Shown: piece by piece, positions 52,381-64,000 of the stretch
Numbering within the stretch: position 1 is the stretch's first letter
How the letters are laid out: each line of letters begins with the position of its first letter
From: Fimbriosthenelais zetlandica
Taxonomy: Eukaryota
NCBI GenBank assembly: GCA_977030845.1
Contig: OZ365113.1
Location: 31,124,001-31,188,000 of the forward strand
Length of the DNA stretch: 64,000 bases
Direction: 5' to 3'
Translations under genes and position numbers: made by a program
The notes under the pieces: generated by a model
Databases searched by the model: none
What the model was told of the DNA's origin: nothing
What the model saw: the letters and a program-made list of their open reading frames with translations, nothing else

Positions 52381-55300
52381 ACTACAGAGGATGAGTCAGT
52401 AATGTTTGTTTATGTAAGCATGGAGATCCAGCTGCAGGAAACATACTAGCCATGCTGAAGTAGATCTCTGTTCCTCAGATAGATGGGCTTAATTGGGGGC
52501 GTTATAAAAACAATGGCTGCTCCCCACTCTACCACCACTAACCACTAACAAAACTTGGTGCACTTCATCCTGAGGTCAGTGAGAAAGCCCTATGTCACAC
52601 ACGGCATTATCTTATTCAAATATCCAATAGGAAATTGTTAAAATTAATACCTTAAAATTAACACCTACAAATAGGTTCATATGATAAACATCATTCAATA
52701 ATACAAGTTCATATGAGAGCTGTGTAACTAAATACATAATGGATTAGTATGTTTTTCACCTTGATAGAACACTTTGTATGTTCCACATATTAATTAAGCT
52801 CATTATAAAGGGCATCGGCAACAATAATTCAACTACATAAAAAATATCTTCAATATTTCTTAGTTAATTCCATATCATGTTTGGTACTTCGTCAACGTTG
52901 ACATAGAGGTCATGGTGGAGGGAAGAGTGTCATCTTTTCCTTAATGCACTCACAGAAGCTTAAGACGTCAGAAAGAATGGAGAAGAACAATGAACAAGAG
53001 TATATATGAAACCCACACCACTGTTTTAGTGTCAGAGATGTAACTTCACCGTGGGATGCACTATATCTGGAACAAGTACAGCAAAGTTATTCTTATAGCT
53101 ATAACTCTGTACCTATTCATATTCCAAGTACACATCAGAGATTTGAATAATATGTATCAATTATAGATCATATTGATAGGTCATATAATATAAACTACTA
53201 CTATATACTATATAATATTCGGTTATGTTATATACGATATTAAACTACATTTGAGGGAAGTTAACTTTTATTGATAGATGTAAGGAGGGAAGATAGATGT
53301 ATAAGAATGGAATGTAAAAGATAATTCGATGGAAATGTAAGAAGACCATTTGTTACGTATGTCCTAAATAAATTAGACAAACGTCTCAAAACAAAGACAC
53401 AAAATTGTTTGAAACGATAAGGGCCTTATATCAGGCGCCCTGGATAAAAAATATAGAGAAACGGCAATGAGGCAGTAGGCCTAAGTAGAAGACTTGTAAA
53501 TAAGAAGGCGATTAGAAAAGGGAAGAAGGCATTACACATCAGTGGATGCAGACAAGGCAGAAATATCTACATCATCGCAACATCGTGCAAAGATCAGAAA
53601 AACAGGCTGCCAAAAATAATTTGTTCCACGCTTCCTAAATGAGAATGAGCAAATGGCCTAATGGAACTAACTCGTTGGAGGCAATTTGATGGTGAAATGA
53701 ACTAATAGACTCAAAACCCTGTTTAATATGATGAAAGTGCTGATTGTTGTGCTCATGTAAAGATTCAGAAACACGTAAGGGCAGAAAGCGAACTGCGCGA
53801 TAAGTGAAGGTGGTAAAAAGGCTTTAATAGCGATGATAACAACTCATTCCATGAGCAATCATCCATCATTCCATTAGGAGAAACGAATCAATATTAGACT
53901 AATGTGAGCGAGTAAAAAAACAATGGCAACCATAGGGGAATTAATAAAATTTCAACTTGATCAATAATCCACTGTCTGCCTGGGTGAAATCAAGCAGAAA
54001 AAACACAAGATAATTTGATGAAATATCGTCCGTTAAAAGATGTGAACAGACATTCAAAGGCGATGATGCTACAGCTAGGTATAAATTAGAAACCATTGTG
54101 AAGGCTCCAATCCACATACCTGAAATGATCATAACGTGATAGTTACATAACAACAAGAGTGCAGGACAGAATCACCGTAGGAAAAGCATGGCAAAAAATC
54201 ATTGCATTCCATCGTCCCAGACATTCTGTCTACAATGCCATAAATTATTCAATTTTAAACATACAACGTGAAAGAATGTTGTCATAAAATACTGCAGCAA
54301 TGGTATAATATCACGGGTACGCACAATTATCGCAGCAAGCCATGGCATGCTATGGAGGCAGTTAGAAGCCGCCGATTGGTAGGCACCAGTTCAATTATTT
54401 TTCTGCTATTGGACTGATTAAACACCAGGCAGAATGGGTCCGTTTCAACAAAAGCCAGCCTTCAGCCAGTCCCCACACGTAACGGCCTGGCCCGGGCTTC
54501 TCTTCACTGAAGTGTAGAGAAGAGGCAAGCATCCTATTAAAATGTTCATGTGACTATAAGATTATGTTTGAGGGATGTACAATTCTGTCCCGCCAACATG
54601 AAATTACAGCCCGAGTGCAATTCCCAGGCTAGAACTATTACAACCTCTGTAGCGAACGTAGAGAGCTGTGGGAACAAACAGGTAAAGGCCTACCTTTTAA
54701 CCATATTAAGAGGCTTCTTCAGATGATTACAATCAATAATGCAAAATTCATTAATTATTCAAGCAATATACCGCTATCTGATCTGCATTTTGCACTTCGG
54801 TCCTTGAGCCAAGATTCACAACTTTTTCACTGGTTTTGAAATTTTAGATGGCATGAGATTAAGTAATTCGGATGGATGTTAGTATGTTATATATTATAAT
54901 ATTATCGTCATTTTGGGCGTGTTCCTTACGTCCTATTCGCATGATACAATATGCATAGGGAGTCTAGTTAATTATGCGGTCAATATAATCAATATTTGAC
55001 AGGGTATTTCAGCTATAGGCAGTAACGGTTAGAGCTTATTGTTTGATATGCTTCTGACGCCATTAATCATTCAATTTACTCTGTACCCGTTGACTCCTAT
55101 CGATCTTTCGGCAAGCCAATCAAATTAAACACACGAAAAAGCATTTAGATTAAGCTGCGTTTGATGTTCTGAAAAAAAATCGAAGACTGATTGTTTTGAT
55201 GGTTTTTTGGCAGTAAATTGCCATGTTGACTTCTGGTCCGAGGTGCTTTCAGATCGGTAGGGACCCTCTTTGTGACATGGATAGGTGAAAATAAACATCG

Positions 55301-56879
55301 ATACGGACCTATTGAAGTTCTTATGTGTGGATATAATGTATTATCATCTGGTCCAGACATGCCTCTTTGTACTTAGAGATAGTCCACACATATATAGGAA
55401 CGCAGCTTTGAAAAGTTAGCCCCATGCAATTGAAGTGCGGCAGATTTCAGAAATCTTTGAAATTTGAAACGATGTTGAAAGGATATTAGAATAGCCACAG
55501 ACGGGAGTGTGGATCGATGATGGCACTTCCAAATCTAAGTTCATCTTACGAGAGCATGCCTGACGAGTTAGTCCACTAATCGGGACTGGCATGAATGTAA
55601 CAGATCGCAATGCATTTTGTATTAGAGAGATTTGTCGCGTTGGGTTTCTTTTCGCGTGGGGGCTAATAGGCTCTATCCACTGTACATGTGGGCAACAACC
55701 GCATCCATGCAGCCTATCTCATATCATTGAGCTGCAAGCCTGTATCTATACAAGCCCATAAAAGCACAATGGATCGAAGCCATCAACCCTTCTGGAAGCC
55801 ATCTCCTTCTGGAACCATTGACGAGGCTTGGTCAGTCAGAAGGTAGGTGGTCAGGTGAGGGGTATAGGTATAGGGTAAGGTTAGGGTATGGGAATTGGGA
55901 GACCTATGGTTACATTGCATGGGTAGATGGGTGGAGCTGGCAAGCGAGCGGCAATCAGCGAGTGTTATCCACGGACATCATTTATTTCTCTGATGAGCTT
56001 CACCAATCATGGCGGGCAGAAGAAGCTGGAGGTTGCCCCTGACAACCTGCCAGTTTTATGCCATCGTTTGTATGAGTAAATCATCCCCCACTGGTCAGAC
56101 GTCCCTGCCTGACCATCAATTATACAGACTCCATCCATTACTGCCCGCCTTTATCCTCCCGCTGCTGACCACGCAAATTGACCTAATTAGAGATAGCCCA
56201 GGTGACAAGGCAGCAACACCTCAACCAAACCTGACCTCCCAGGTCACCTGGACGACCTCTAGCCGACCCTCCACTGACACCTGCCCGTCTGCCAGCGTCC
56301 GGTTTCCAGGCGGGTGTCCATATTTCCTGGCATTTCCTGGCGCTACGAGAAGCCCACCTCCAAGGGTGGCCCTAGTGTTGAAGCCATATCATTAGCACTA
56401 ACAAGTGGCTTTGGTAATAAAGGTAGGGGGCAGCGTGAGGAGGAGGGGAAAGGGAATTGACAACAAGGCGCAGAAAGCATCTTTCTCACTAATGCCAGAT
56501 TCCTAATGGGTGAAGAGTTAAATATAGGTGACTTTAATTAACGGACTCGTATATGTATTTCAATAATCGGGACAGGATATGAAGTAGGCGAAGATTATTC
56601 ATTATGCCTAGCATATAATGCCGGGGCCCACAGGAAATGACATAGAATCTGTCACCAGAAATATAAATGCAGTAAAAAGAACCGTGGTAAATTAGCCTAA
56701 TTCTGAAAAACAGTCTGTAAGGAGGCAAGAAAATGACAGGTGTACGACCAACTTCCAGCACAGCAAATGTTTTTAACTAGTTCTTTGGTAGACAATGGTT
56801 TGAGTGAGGTGATTTGTTGGCGTCCATTATTAAGGTCTAGTGACCACCCACGTTGATGATGGATCCAATAGGTCCCCCT

Positions 56880-57380
56880 CCCACTGACCAATGCCCCTCT
56901 AATCCCACCTTCTTCTCAACATTAGGACCATGTGAATGGCCTTATTAATCCCCTATAATCCCCCCTCCCCTTCATCCAAGAGAGGCCTCAAGCTCCCCAC
57001 CTCCCTCAATCCCTCTACCATCAACGTCTTGTCTTCCCCTTCCTTGTCCTCTCTTCCTTTTCATTTCCTTCTATCATGAGGCTGAGCTCATTCCTTCATT
57101 GTCCTTCTCATTCTCTTTCCATCCACTTCCAATGCCATATTTTTGGTAGCAACCCTCAGTAGACCCCCCCCCCCCCCCCCCCTGTCTCCCAGGTCCTTGA
57201 TCAAGCCCACTCCACCTGTATCCCTCCATTATTAACTACCCTTCTTTTTTCTATCTACCCCCACCCCCACCCCAACTCACCACCCCTTGTTGGCACCACC
57301 AGAAGGTCACCCCCCAGCCCATATCTCCCCAACCACACCTTGCCCCTATTGCATGTCCTCCCATCTCCACTCATCCAGCC
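56880..57380 (+). repeat. C-rich low-complexity region including C19
   Basis: C19 at 57164-57182 within about 500 bp of C/T-biased sequence. Confidence 0.8.
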
Positions 57381-60300
57381 TGGAACAATGACCATCCATT
57401 CGCATGCTTATGCTGGACAATTAGCACCGCCCAATGGTCATCACCAGTGGTCACTTCTGGCCAAACTCCCATACTGACCTGTTATCTAGGGTTGGCCAGG
57501 CTTGCTTCCAGCCACATGGCATGGCCAGGACTCCACACCTTCCTTGCTAATCATTTTACCCTACACGTAAAGCCCCTCCAGGGGAGAGGGACACGACAGG
57601 CCGGGTTAGGCAGGAGATTATAGCAAATTTATATCTTTTCTGTAACTGCAGCTAAGCTCTCTATCCATGCTAAGTACCAGGGACCAGCGCTGCCCACGCA
57701 GTGCCTATATAGTCTCCTCTGAGGTGAATATCAATCCCACCTTCAATCGCAACAATTAAGGCATTTGGTGGAATCTGCCATTTCTGCGTTACATCGGTAT
57801 ATGGGAATGGCCAAATTAGATGAATTAGCACTATATTGCATGATCCAAAGCTGAGAATCACCAAGTCCAGTTTCCATCTTTATACAGGGAATATATGATC
57901 AATTCTCAAAATATAATGGGAGCCAAGCCTATAGGCCTATATTATGAGAAAAATAAGTGTTGAAATTAGCATATTGAGACCTTGGCTTCATTGGGAGATT
58001 ATAGAGATTTTCTGGAAACTTGATCAGAAATGTTGATATTTTATGCCATGGAGGGCCGGGACAAGCGGTGGAGACTGGAGGTCTTATCTTGGAATGGCTT
58101 CTTATCATTTATACTCAGAGTGATTGTGTGACGGTTCAGAGTCTTGTTCCCTTCGAGACCTGCAGTGCTTGGGGCAGACTGTCGTGGCGATATTCCTTCC
58201 CCCACTCCCTTCTCTCTCATTGTCAGGCCTAGTTATGCCTGGCTGACTTATATATTCCTTGGGAGGCGCCCTTGTTTTCTTTACATCACTCATTCATCCA
58301 ATTAAGGAGATAAGAACGCGCAGAAGTGACTTTCGCTACAGCGCCCAAGCGGCCCCCGAGCGACCGCAATGCCCGGATGTAGCTGTAGGGCCCCCTAGGT
58401 CCATGTAAATCCCTTAACTCGGCCCTCCCCTCTTGCGCTGGACTTCAATTCTTCTGATTGCTTACACGCTTGTACTTTTCAGCCTCATATCCCAGACGGT
58501 AGATTCTGGGCGTTCATTCATATCATTTATTCTTCCAATTAAGTAGGGAGGGTCGGTGAGGGAGGCGTTTTAGAAGGTCTCCAGTCTATCTCCGGCTTCT
58601 AGCCTCTATATGCCTCTGCGCCTGTTTGTATTGCAAGATCGGTTCACCAACAGATTAACACATATATTGCTGTTCTGTTTGTTTAGTATAATTAGGTTGG
58701 AAATGGACCCCACACTTTCTCGGCCATAGTGCGAGAAAAGTATTGTATCCAATCAAGCAAAAACATTTGCATAGGGTCATAAGAGCTTCTGATTACCCTA
58801 ACTTTAATTACCCAACTCCTGTAGTTAAAACTTGTATGTAAATTACATATAACATCATTAATATGATGGGGAGAGCCTAGTGACTGCCACAGTCAAAGGA
58901 GCTGTGCTTATATCCTTAGTAAATATCCCATCACATAATGCTTAGTTTCAGTGCTTGGTGATATAAGCCTACTGTCCAGACTGTACATAACCATGTCTGT
59001 TATGAACGTCTAGATTTGACTTCTAGTGAAACAGACTGAGTGTCTCTGGTCTGGAGGCCTGCTCCTGCCCACGAACCCTCGCATGACGGGGCAGTCCTCA
59101 TGACACTGGAGGCATAAATCAAGCCTTTCTAATGTATAAGTTGTCCGTTTTCTTCAGAGACCTCTCGGGCCTGACTTTTGTGCAATGATGGATGCAGCAC
59201 CCGCTTGCTTATCGCCATTCGACCGTTCAGATAATGCCAGAGTTCCCTGCCTCATAACCAACTTGCAGATCTCTGAATATTTGATTGTGGGCGAAAAAGT
59301 GGGCTGACATAATTACTCGATTCCGGTTGGACTTGGCCGGTCATGTGTCACCCTGTCCCCATCGACTATTTCCTGTCCCCGTCCCTCCCCCACTCTCTTT
59401 GGTTTGTCGGGGGTTTTATTTTAGAAATCGGTATAAATGGAAGACTCCTGTCATTGGGCGGCTGCGGGCATTTAGCGGGGTGCAGGGGGACATCCTTGTG
59501 TTGCTCCTTTAGCTGTGAGCAGCTCGCTTATTGCTGGGAATCTGCTCGCCATAACCCTGTTTTCTCTTCATAGCAAAGCAGAGACTAGTATTTCCAGTGC
59601 CATGACCATCGGCCCAAGGTTTTGATTATGCTCTGATTAAGTGCACTGCCCTGGCTTCAAACGGTGGGAATTAATTAAAACCTTGGCCCCTGTGAGTGGT
59701 AGCCTACCCCCAACCACAGACCGAGGTGGCCCCCCGTTTTTTTGGATCTCCAGGGATCTGAAGGCAGTGTCTTGGATCAGTCTAGTACAGGGCAGATTCC
59801 TCACTGCAGGGGCCACAGGGTGTGTTATCAGATCACCTAAGTAAAGCCCCTTTCTTTCTAATCATTCTTTCTGCTTGAAGAACCAGCTATCTAATTAAAA
59901 GTCCTGCCCGACTGGGGAGACTATGGCTAGATGGTGGCAGCTTTTGTGTTGACGCTGCACAAACACTTTGGTGGCACCACTAAAGGTTCAAGTACAGCAC
60001 TTTTCTCCACCAAATGATGGCACATTCATCCCTCTCCCATTCCCTTATGGATATTATAATCTCAAGTTGGGATCATTGGACCTTCTCCTTATACTGCATA
60101 GTAATGCTGAGACCACTGTCTTGTTTGCCGGGCCAGGAGTCTGGATCCTCATAATAGGGTTATGTCAAACGTATAGAAAATGGCATTTGTCAAAGAGCGA
60201 GCTGTAAGCTGGGGTGATATGCTAATGGTGACCTTATATGAAATAACGAGATCTGCCCGGGTGGCCCTCCCCCCACTGGACCGGGGTCTCCAAGCGTCCC

Positions 60301-60769
60301 AATACAAGAGTTTGGTCTATCAAGATTCCTTGGTGAATTCTGCCAGTACAAAGGATTGCTGGCCGGCCTGGCCAGCCAAGCATAGAGATGTGACAGGAGC
60401 GGCATGATTTAAGCCCTGTTTAACCTTGTTGCGCATGTATATTGGTGGAGGATCTGTGTGTATCTCATGTTATTGATCTCTCCATTGATCCCCACCCCGC
60501 CTGGAGATAATGGAACCGACACAGGCCCTGGAGCAGTGACCGCTAATTTCTGCGATCAGGCCCACTATACGCCTCCCGACCCATGGCCAAGTCCTCCTCC
60601 CCCACCCCCACCTCTCTCTCTCTCCATATTCCAGCATGCATAATTTCTTCAAGCAGCGATGCACAATTCTCCAAGCGGTGATGGCACATAAAAGCTACAC
60701 ACACCCACAACCCCATCCACTATCAAACTACCTCCCCAAAGCTGGTATTAAGTCTGCTGACGGCACCCC

Positions 60770-60850
60770 GGGTCAAGGTTACTTTAAGGTCACCTTAAAG
60801 GTCAGCTCAGGGTCAACCCTAAGGTCATCACCAAGGTCCTAGTCTGGTCT
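60770..60850 (+). repeat. Degenerate 11-12-bp minisatellite of RGGTCA-like half-sites
   Basis: GGGTCA 60770, AGGTTA 60776, AGGTCA 60787, AGGTCA 60799, GGGTCA 60810, AGGTCA 60822, AGGTCC 60834, TGGTCT 60845. Confidence 0.75.
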
Positions 60851-63800
60851 TAACGCCCCCTTATATGACTCGGCTAGAATATATGTATGATTTAAATGAG
60901 ATGCTTTTCGTTGCAGGGTCCTACCTCTGACCTTTGGAAATGAATGTTTGAATGAGTTACGGCTCCGGGGTTCAAGTCACATTCAACATGATCTGCATAC
61001 CAGGCAATGGGCGAGGAGTTGGTTTTGAAAGGCTACAAGCATACTAAATGACTGCTGGATAACCACTGGCTAATCATGTGTTAGTCTGTGGAGAACCTGG
61101 GACTTCTTATGGTCAAGGAGAGGGTAGTATATGGACATGGGGCATTGGTGCAGGCTTATACCACCTATAAAGTAGTATATGGAAATGATGCTCACAAGCA
61201 AAAACTTCGAATTGCATCCACCAGAAAATACACCAATCAAACAGAACTGATCAGGAACCAATACTGATTAGGAGCTAGATTTGTCTTTCTTATTTTGAAA
61301 TGAAGAGGAACAGGGATACGGGATATGACTAATTATCATCGCAATATGGTTTATTAATTAGCTTTCTGATTAATAAGTCGCAATATTTGCCCTGACTGAT
61401 CAAAATGACAGCTGTATTTCGGTATAATCTTATTGCAAGACCTGGCAGTGAAGTAAATGGCTAATCCTGGATCGCAAGCAGCAGCGTGACAAGCTGGTAA
61501 GCAGAGGCCTTATCACTGCCTGTATCTGCAGCCCTGTGATATGAGTGAGACACCAGTGTAAAGCCCAGCTGCAGTGTAAATTGCTACCAGTATCAGAAGG
61601 AGCACACCCACACCGGCCTTGTGTGACCCTGCGCCAACTTTTGGTATCAGTCAGTCAACAACAAAGTTACATCTGCAGATATGATCTTAAGATTCAGCTG
61701 GCTTTCACAGGGGTTCGATAAAGCAGGGAGGGGTGGGAGTTTATCAGGGGGTGAGCAGGCATATTGCCCATACGACCAGAGATGGTATTATAAATGGCTA
61801 GCTTGACCGGATCAGAAGGGCCTGCCACCAATGGCAATCGGCCTGAAGACAACATTGACACACCAGCCAAGGGCTGGGATTAATGAATTTGTCTTGGCTG
61901 ATCTGTGGCTGCGCTCACAATATAGGCATGCTCGCTAGTGTGCTGGGGTCAGGGCTCGGGTAAAGCACTGGAGCTAAGATGGTGTGCAGAGATAGCACTT
62001 GGAGCTTGACTGACAAATGAACCAATATTGTGCTTCTGGCCAAAGATGATTGTGGCCAGGGCGACGCCAATGTCAAAATGCTTCAGCCTCCGGTCACCAC
62101 CCCTTAAAACGGACTCACGGGAGCCAAAAAAAGAAAGGCTCTGACCAGGCAAGGGAAAAAAGTGAACATTAACATCTCCAGCCGGGTAAAACGACGCCAT
62201 GTCAGACTTATTAATCTCCGCCAAGATTACATTGGCAATTTTGGCCAGTTTGGGGGTTGAGTTTTTCTGTCTGATTGCCCTGTGTTCTGAGGCGGAGGCT
62301 GTTCCAACTGACTGGGCAATCAATGACCAAAGTTCTAGGCATATTAACATCTTAGCCCAACTGTCACGGCCCGCAAGCCTCCCCGTAATGGGAAATTAGG
62401 TCCGCTTCACTTGCCTGAAACACAGAGCTGCAAGATGTCAAAGGATGTCATTTATAATAGAGGTTTAGGGCCAGGGCCCCATCGGATCGCATTGTCTGCC
62501 GTGGTCCTAATGTGAGTGGCCTCCCTTGTGTAGTGGGCATAACAGAGAATGACTGACGCTGGAAAAGAAGAAGTCATAATATGAAGCCAGGCGAAGAGAA
62601 TGGAGGCACGGCTATATATATCTCACAGACCGGTGATATAAAAGTCAGGCCGCATGAGTTCACTTGTGTGTCACCGATGGGAATTCCAAACTGAAATGAC
62701 AATGCGTACCTTCCCAGGAACACTTTTCCTTGAGAATAATGCTTAATTATTTAGTTATCCCGAATTAAATGAATCACGAAACTTAAGATTTCATGTACGG
62801 CAACGAAATATAAAGCTGAATATTCTCTGCTAAGATTCTCTATAGAGTGGTGCATACAGATCTATATTAAATGGGGACAAAACTAATGTAAGGACAAATG
62901 ACAGTGAAAACAATTGGATGCCCTGTGCCATGACACCCTTCCAATGCACATTACCCATTAGTGTTAAAATAGAAAAAGTAGAGTGAGAAAGGTTGAGGAA
63001 ATATTTGGCCATCCAATATATGCTAATCTGGCTGACACATCATGAGATGGGAGAGGACCTTGTCGGCCTTATGACTATGATAAGCTGAATGAGGGGGGAC
63101 ATCAGTGGTGGGGTGGTGGGAGGGTGGATGAGACTCATATATGCAGCATTACTGAATCATGAAAGCTACAAGCCTTTGCCCAGGTCAATAAGCAATTCTG
63201 GGCGGCCATCGGATGAGGGCGTAGCTAATTATTGTCCTTCAGTCACCGCTTGATCCAGGCAGATCAGAAGTTGTCATCACAAGTTATAGGGCGCCAGTAT
63301 CTGATGCAAGGGAGCGCCAACTGCTGACGGCCTGTTTCATCAACGGCGTCAGTAAGGGTATGAAAAAACAACTGTTTTAACAAACATGGGGTTTACACCT
63401 ACACGACTGCTTGAATCACCTTCAGGAGCTTCTAACAGAAGACGATCTGAGGTATTTCGACACAAGGAACAGTATTAGTGACTAGCCAAGACATCTTCAA
63501 TAGGACATCCGGTATATATATGAGGGCTAATTCAAAGCTTACAAAAGAATATGAAAGTTGGATTAAAATTGCAAAATACAAATGCAAAGCCTAGGTTGGA
63601 GTCAGGAAAAGTGTATGGCCTATAGCCAAACCACATGGACTTTTTCCAGGTCCATATCATAGACTGTAGAACTGTGAAAGTGACTCTCTCTGCTGGGCAG
63701 ATTGCAATTACTTGAAGCAATTACATGCATACATTGCATTGCTCATATCATAGGAAGGCTCCATGCAATGCATAGTAAATCGGAGTGGTATGTGTCAAAT

Positions 63801-64000
63801 GCATAGGGTATGTTAATACTGAGGATAATTAGTATTAAGGCATTAGACCATCCAATAATACTTAACAACGGTATGACCAAAATGTAGTATGATAGAGAGA
63901 CCAACTTTTCGGCAGTTAAAGCTCAGATGATATAATGGACATTGTAATGCATGTTTGAGGCACTTCGTTAGTTGGACGATCAGTGAGTGGATATAGATAT

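Larger units (their letters stand above)
1..64000. other. Non-coding metazoan genomic DNA (gene desert or large intron) with interspersed regulatory-like islands
   Basis: All ORFs are 151 aa or shorter, sit on both strands and show no recognisable domain. AT-rich background with short GC/CpG-richer islands, microsatellites and poly-G/C runs. Confidence 0.85.

Noticed and set aside
53308-53325. TGGAATGTAAA, matching the 5' end of miR-1
   Set aside because: The 3' half does not match and there is no hairpin.
23769-55814. TGGAAGCCATCTC shared between 23769 and 55793, each in a short degenerate tandem
   Set aside because: Dozens of shared 13-mers are expected by chance in 64 kb, and the flanks do not align.
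61949-62350. 133-aa minus-strand ORF
   Set aside because: No recognisable homology or supporting splice context; it overlaps motif-rich sequence that looks regulatory.
1-64000. CRISPR array, prokaryotic operon or viral genes
   Set aside because: No regularly spaced identical repeats with unique spacers and no dense ORF packing; the sequence is eukaryotic and non-coding in character.

Overview
Non-coding animal (metazoan) genomic DNA, about 40% GC by eye. It reads as an intergenic gene desert or part of a very large intron. None of the six-frame ORFs (longest 151 aa) resembles a protein I recognise, and I found no intact tRNA, rRNA or snRNA, no transposase or RT, no operon and no CRISPR array. 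The palindromes TAGGCCTA and TACATGTA are strongly over-represented (11 copies each), which from recollection resembles echinoderm or other marine invertebrate genomes; the taxon is an inference. Supported content: one 325-bp TTAA-flanked non-autonomous DNA transposon (Kolobok-like MITE, 35168-35492), one possible decayed tRNA-derived SINE head, simple and low-complexity repeats, several short tandem duplications, and many motif-dense islands that look cis-regulatory. The most unusual signals are two related arrays of AGGTCA-type nuclear-receptor half-sites spaced about one helical turn apart (51734-51792, 60770-60850), a doublet of sequences matching mature miR-92 without a precursor hairpin (22212-22258), and promoter-like islands at 38.3 and 39.1-39.4 kb with no recognisable gene. 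I cannot support a new coding system here. All transcription-factor calls are unaided motif matches and need conservation or chromatin data.
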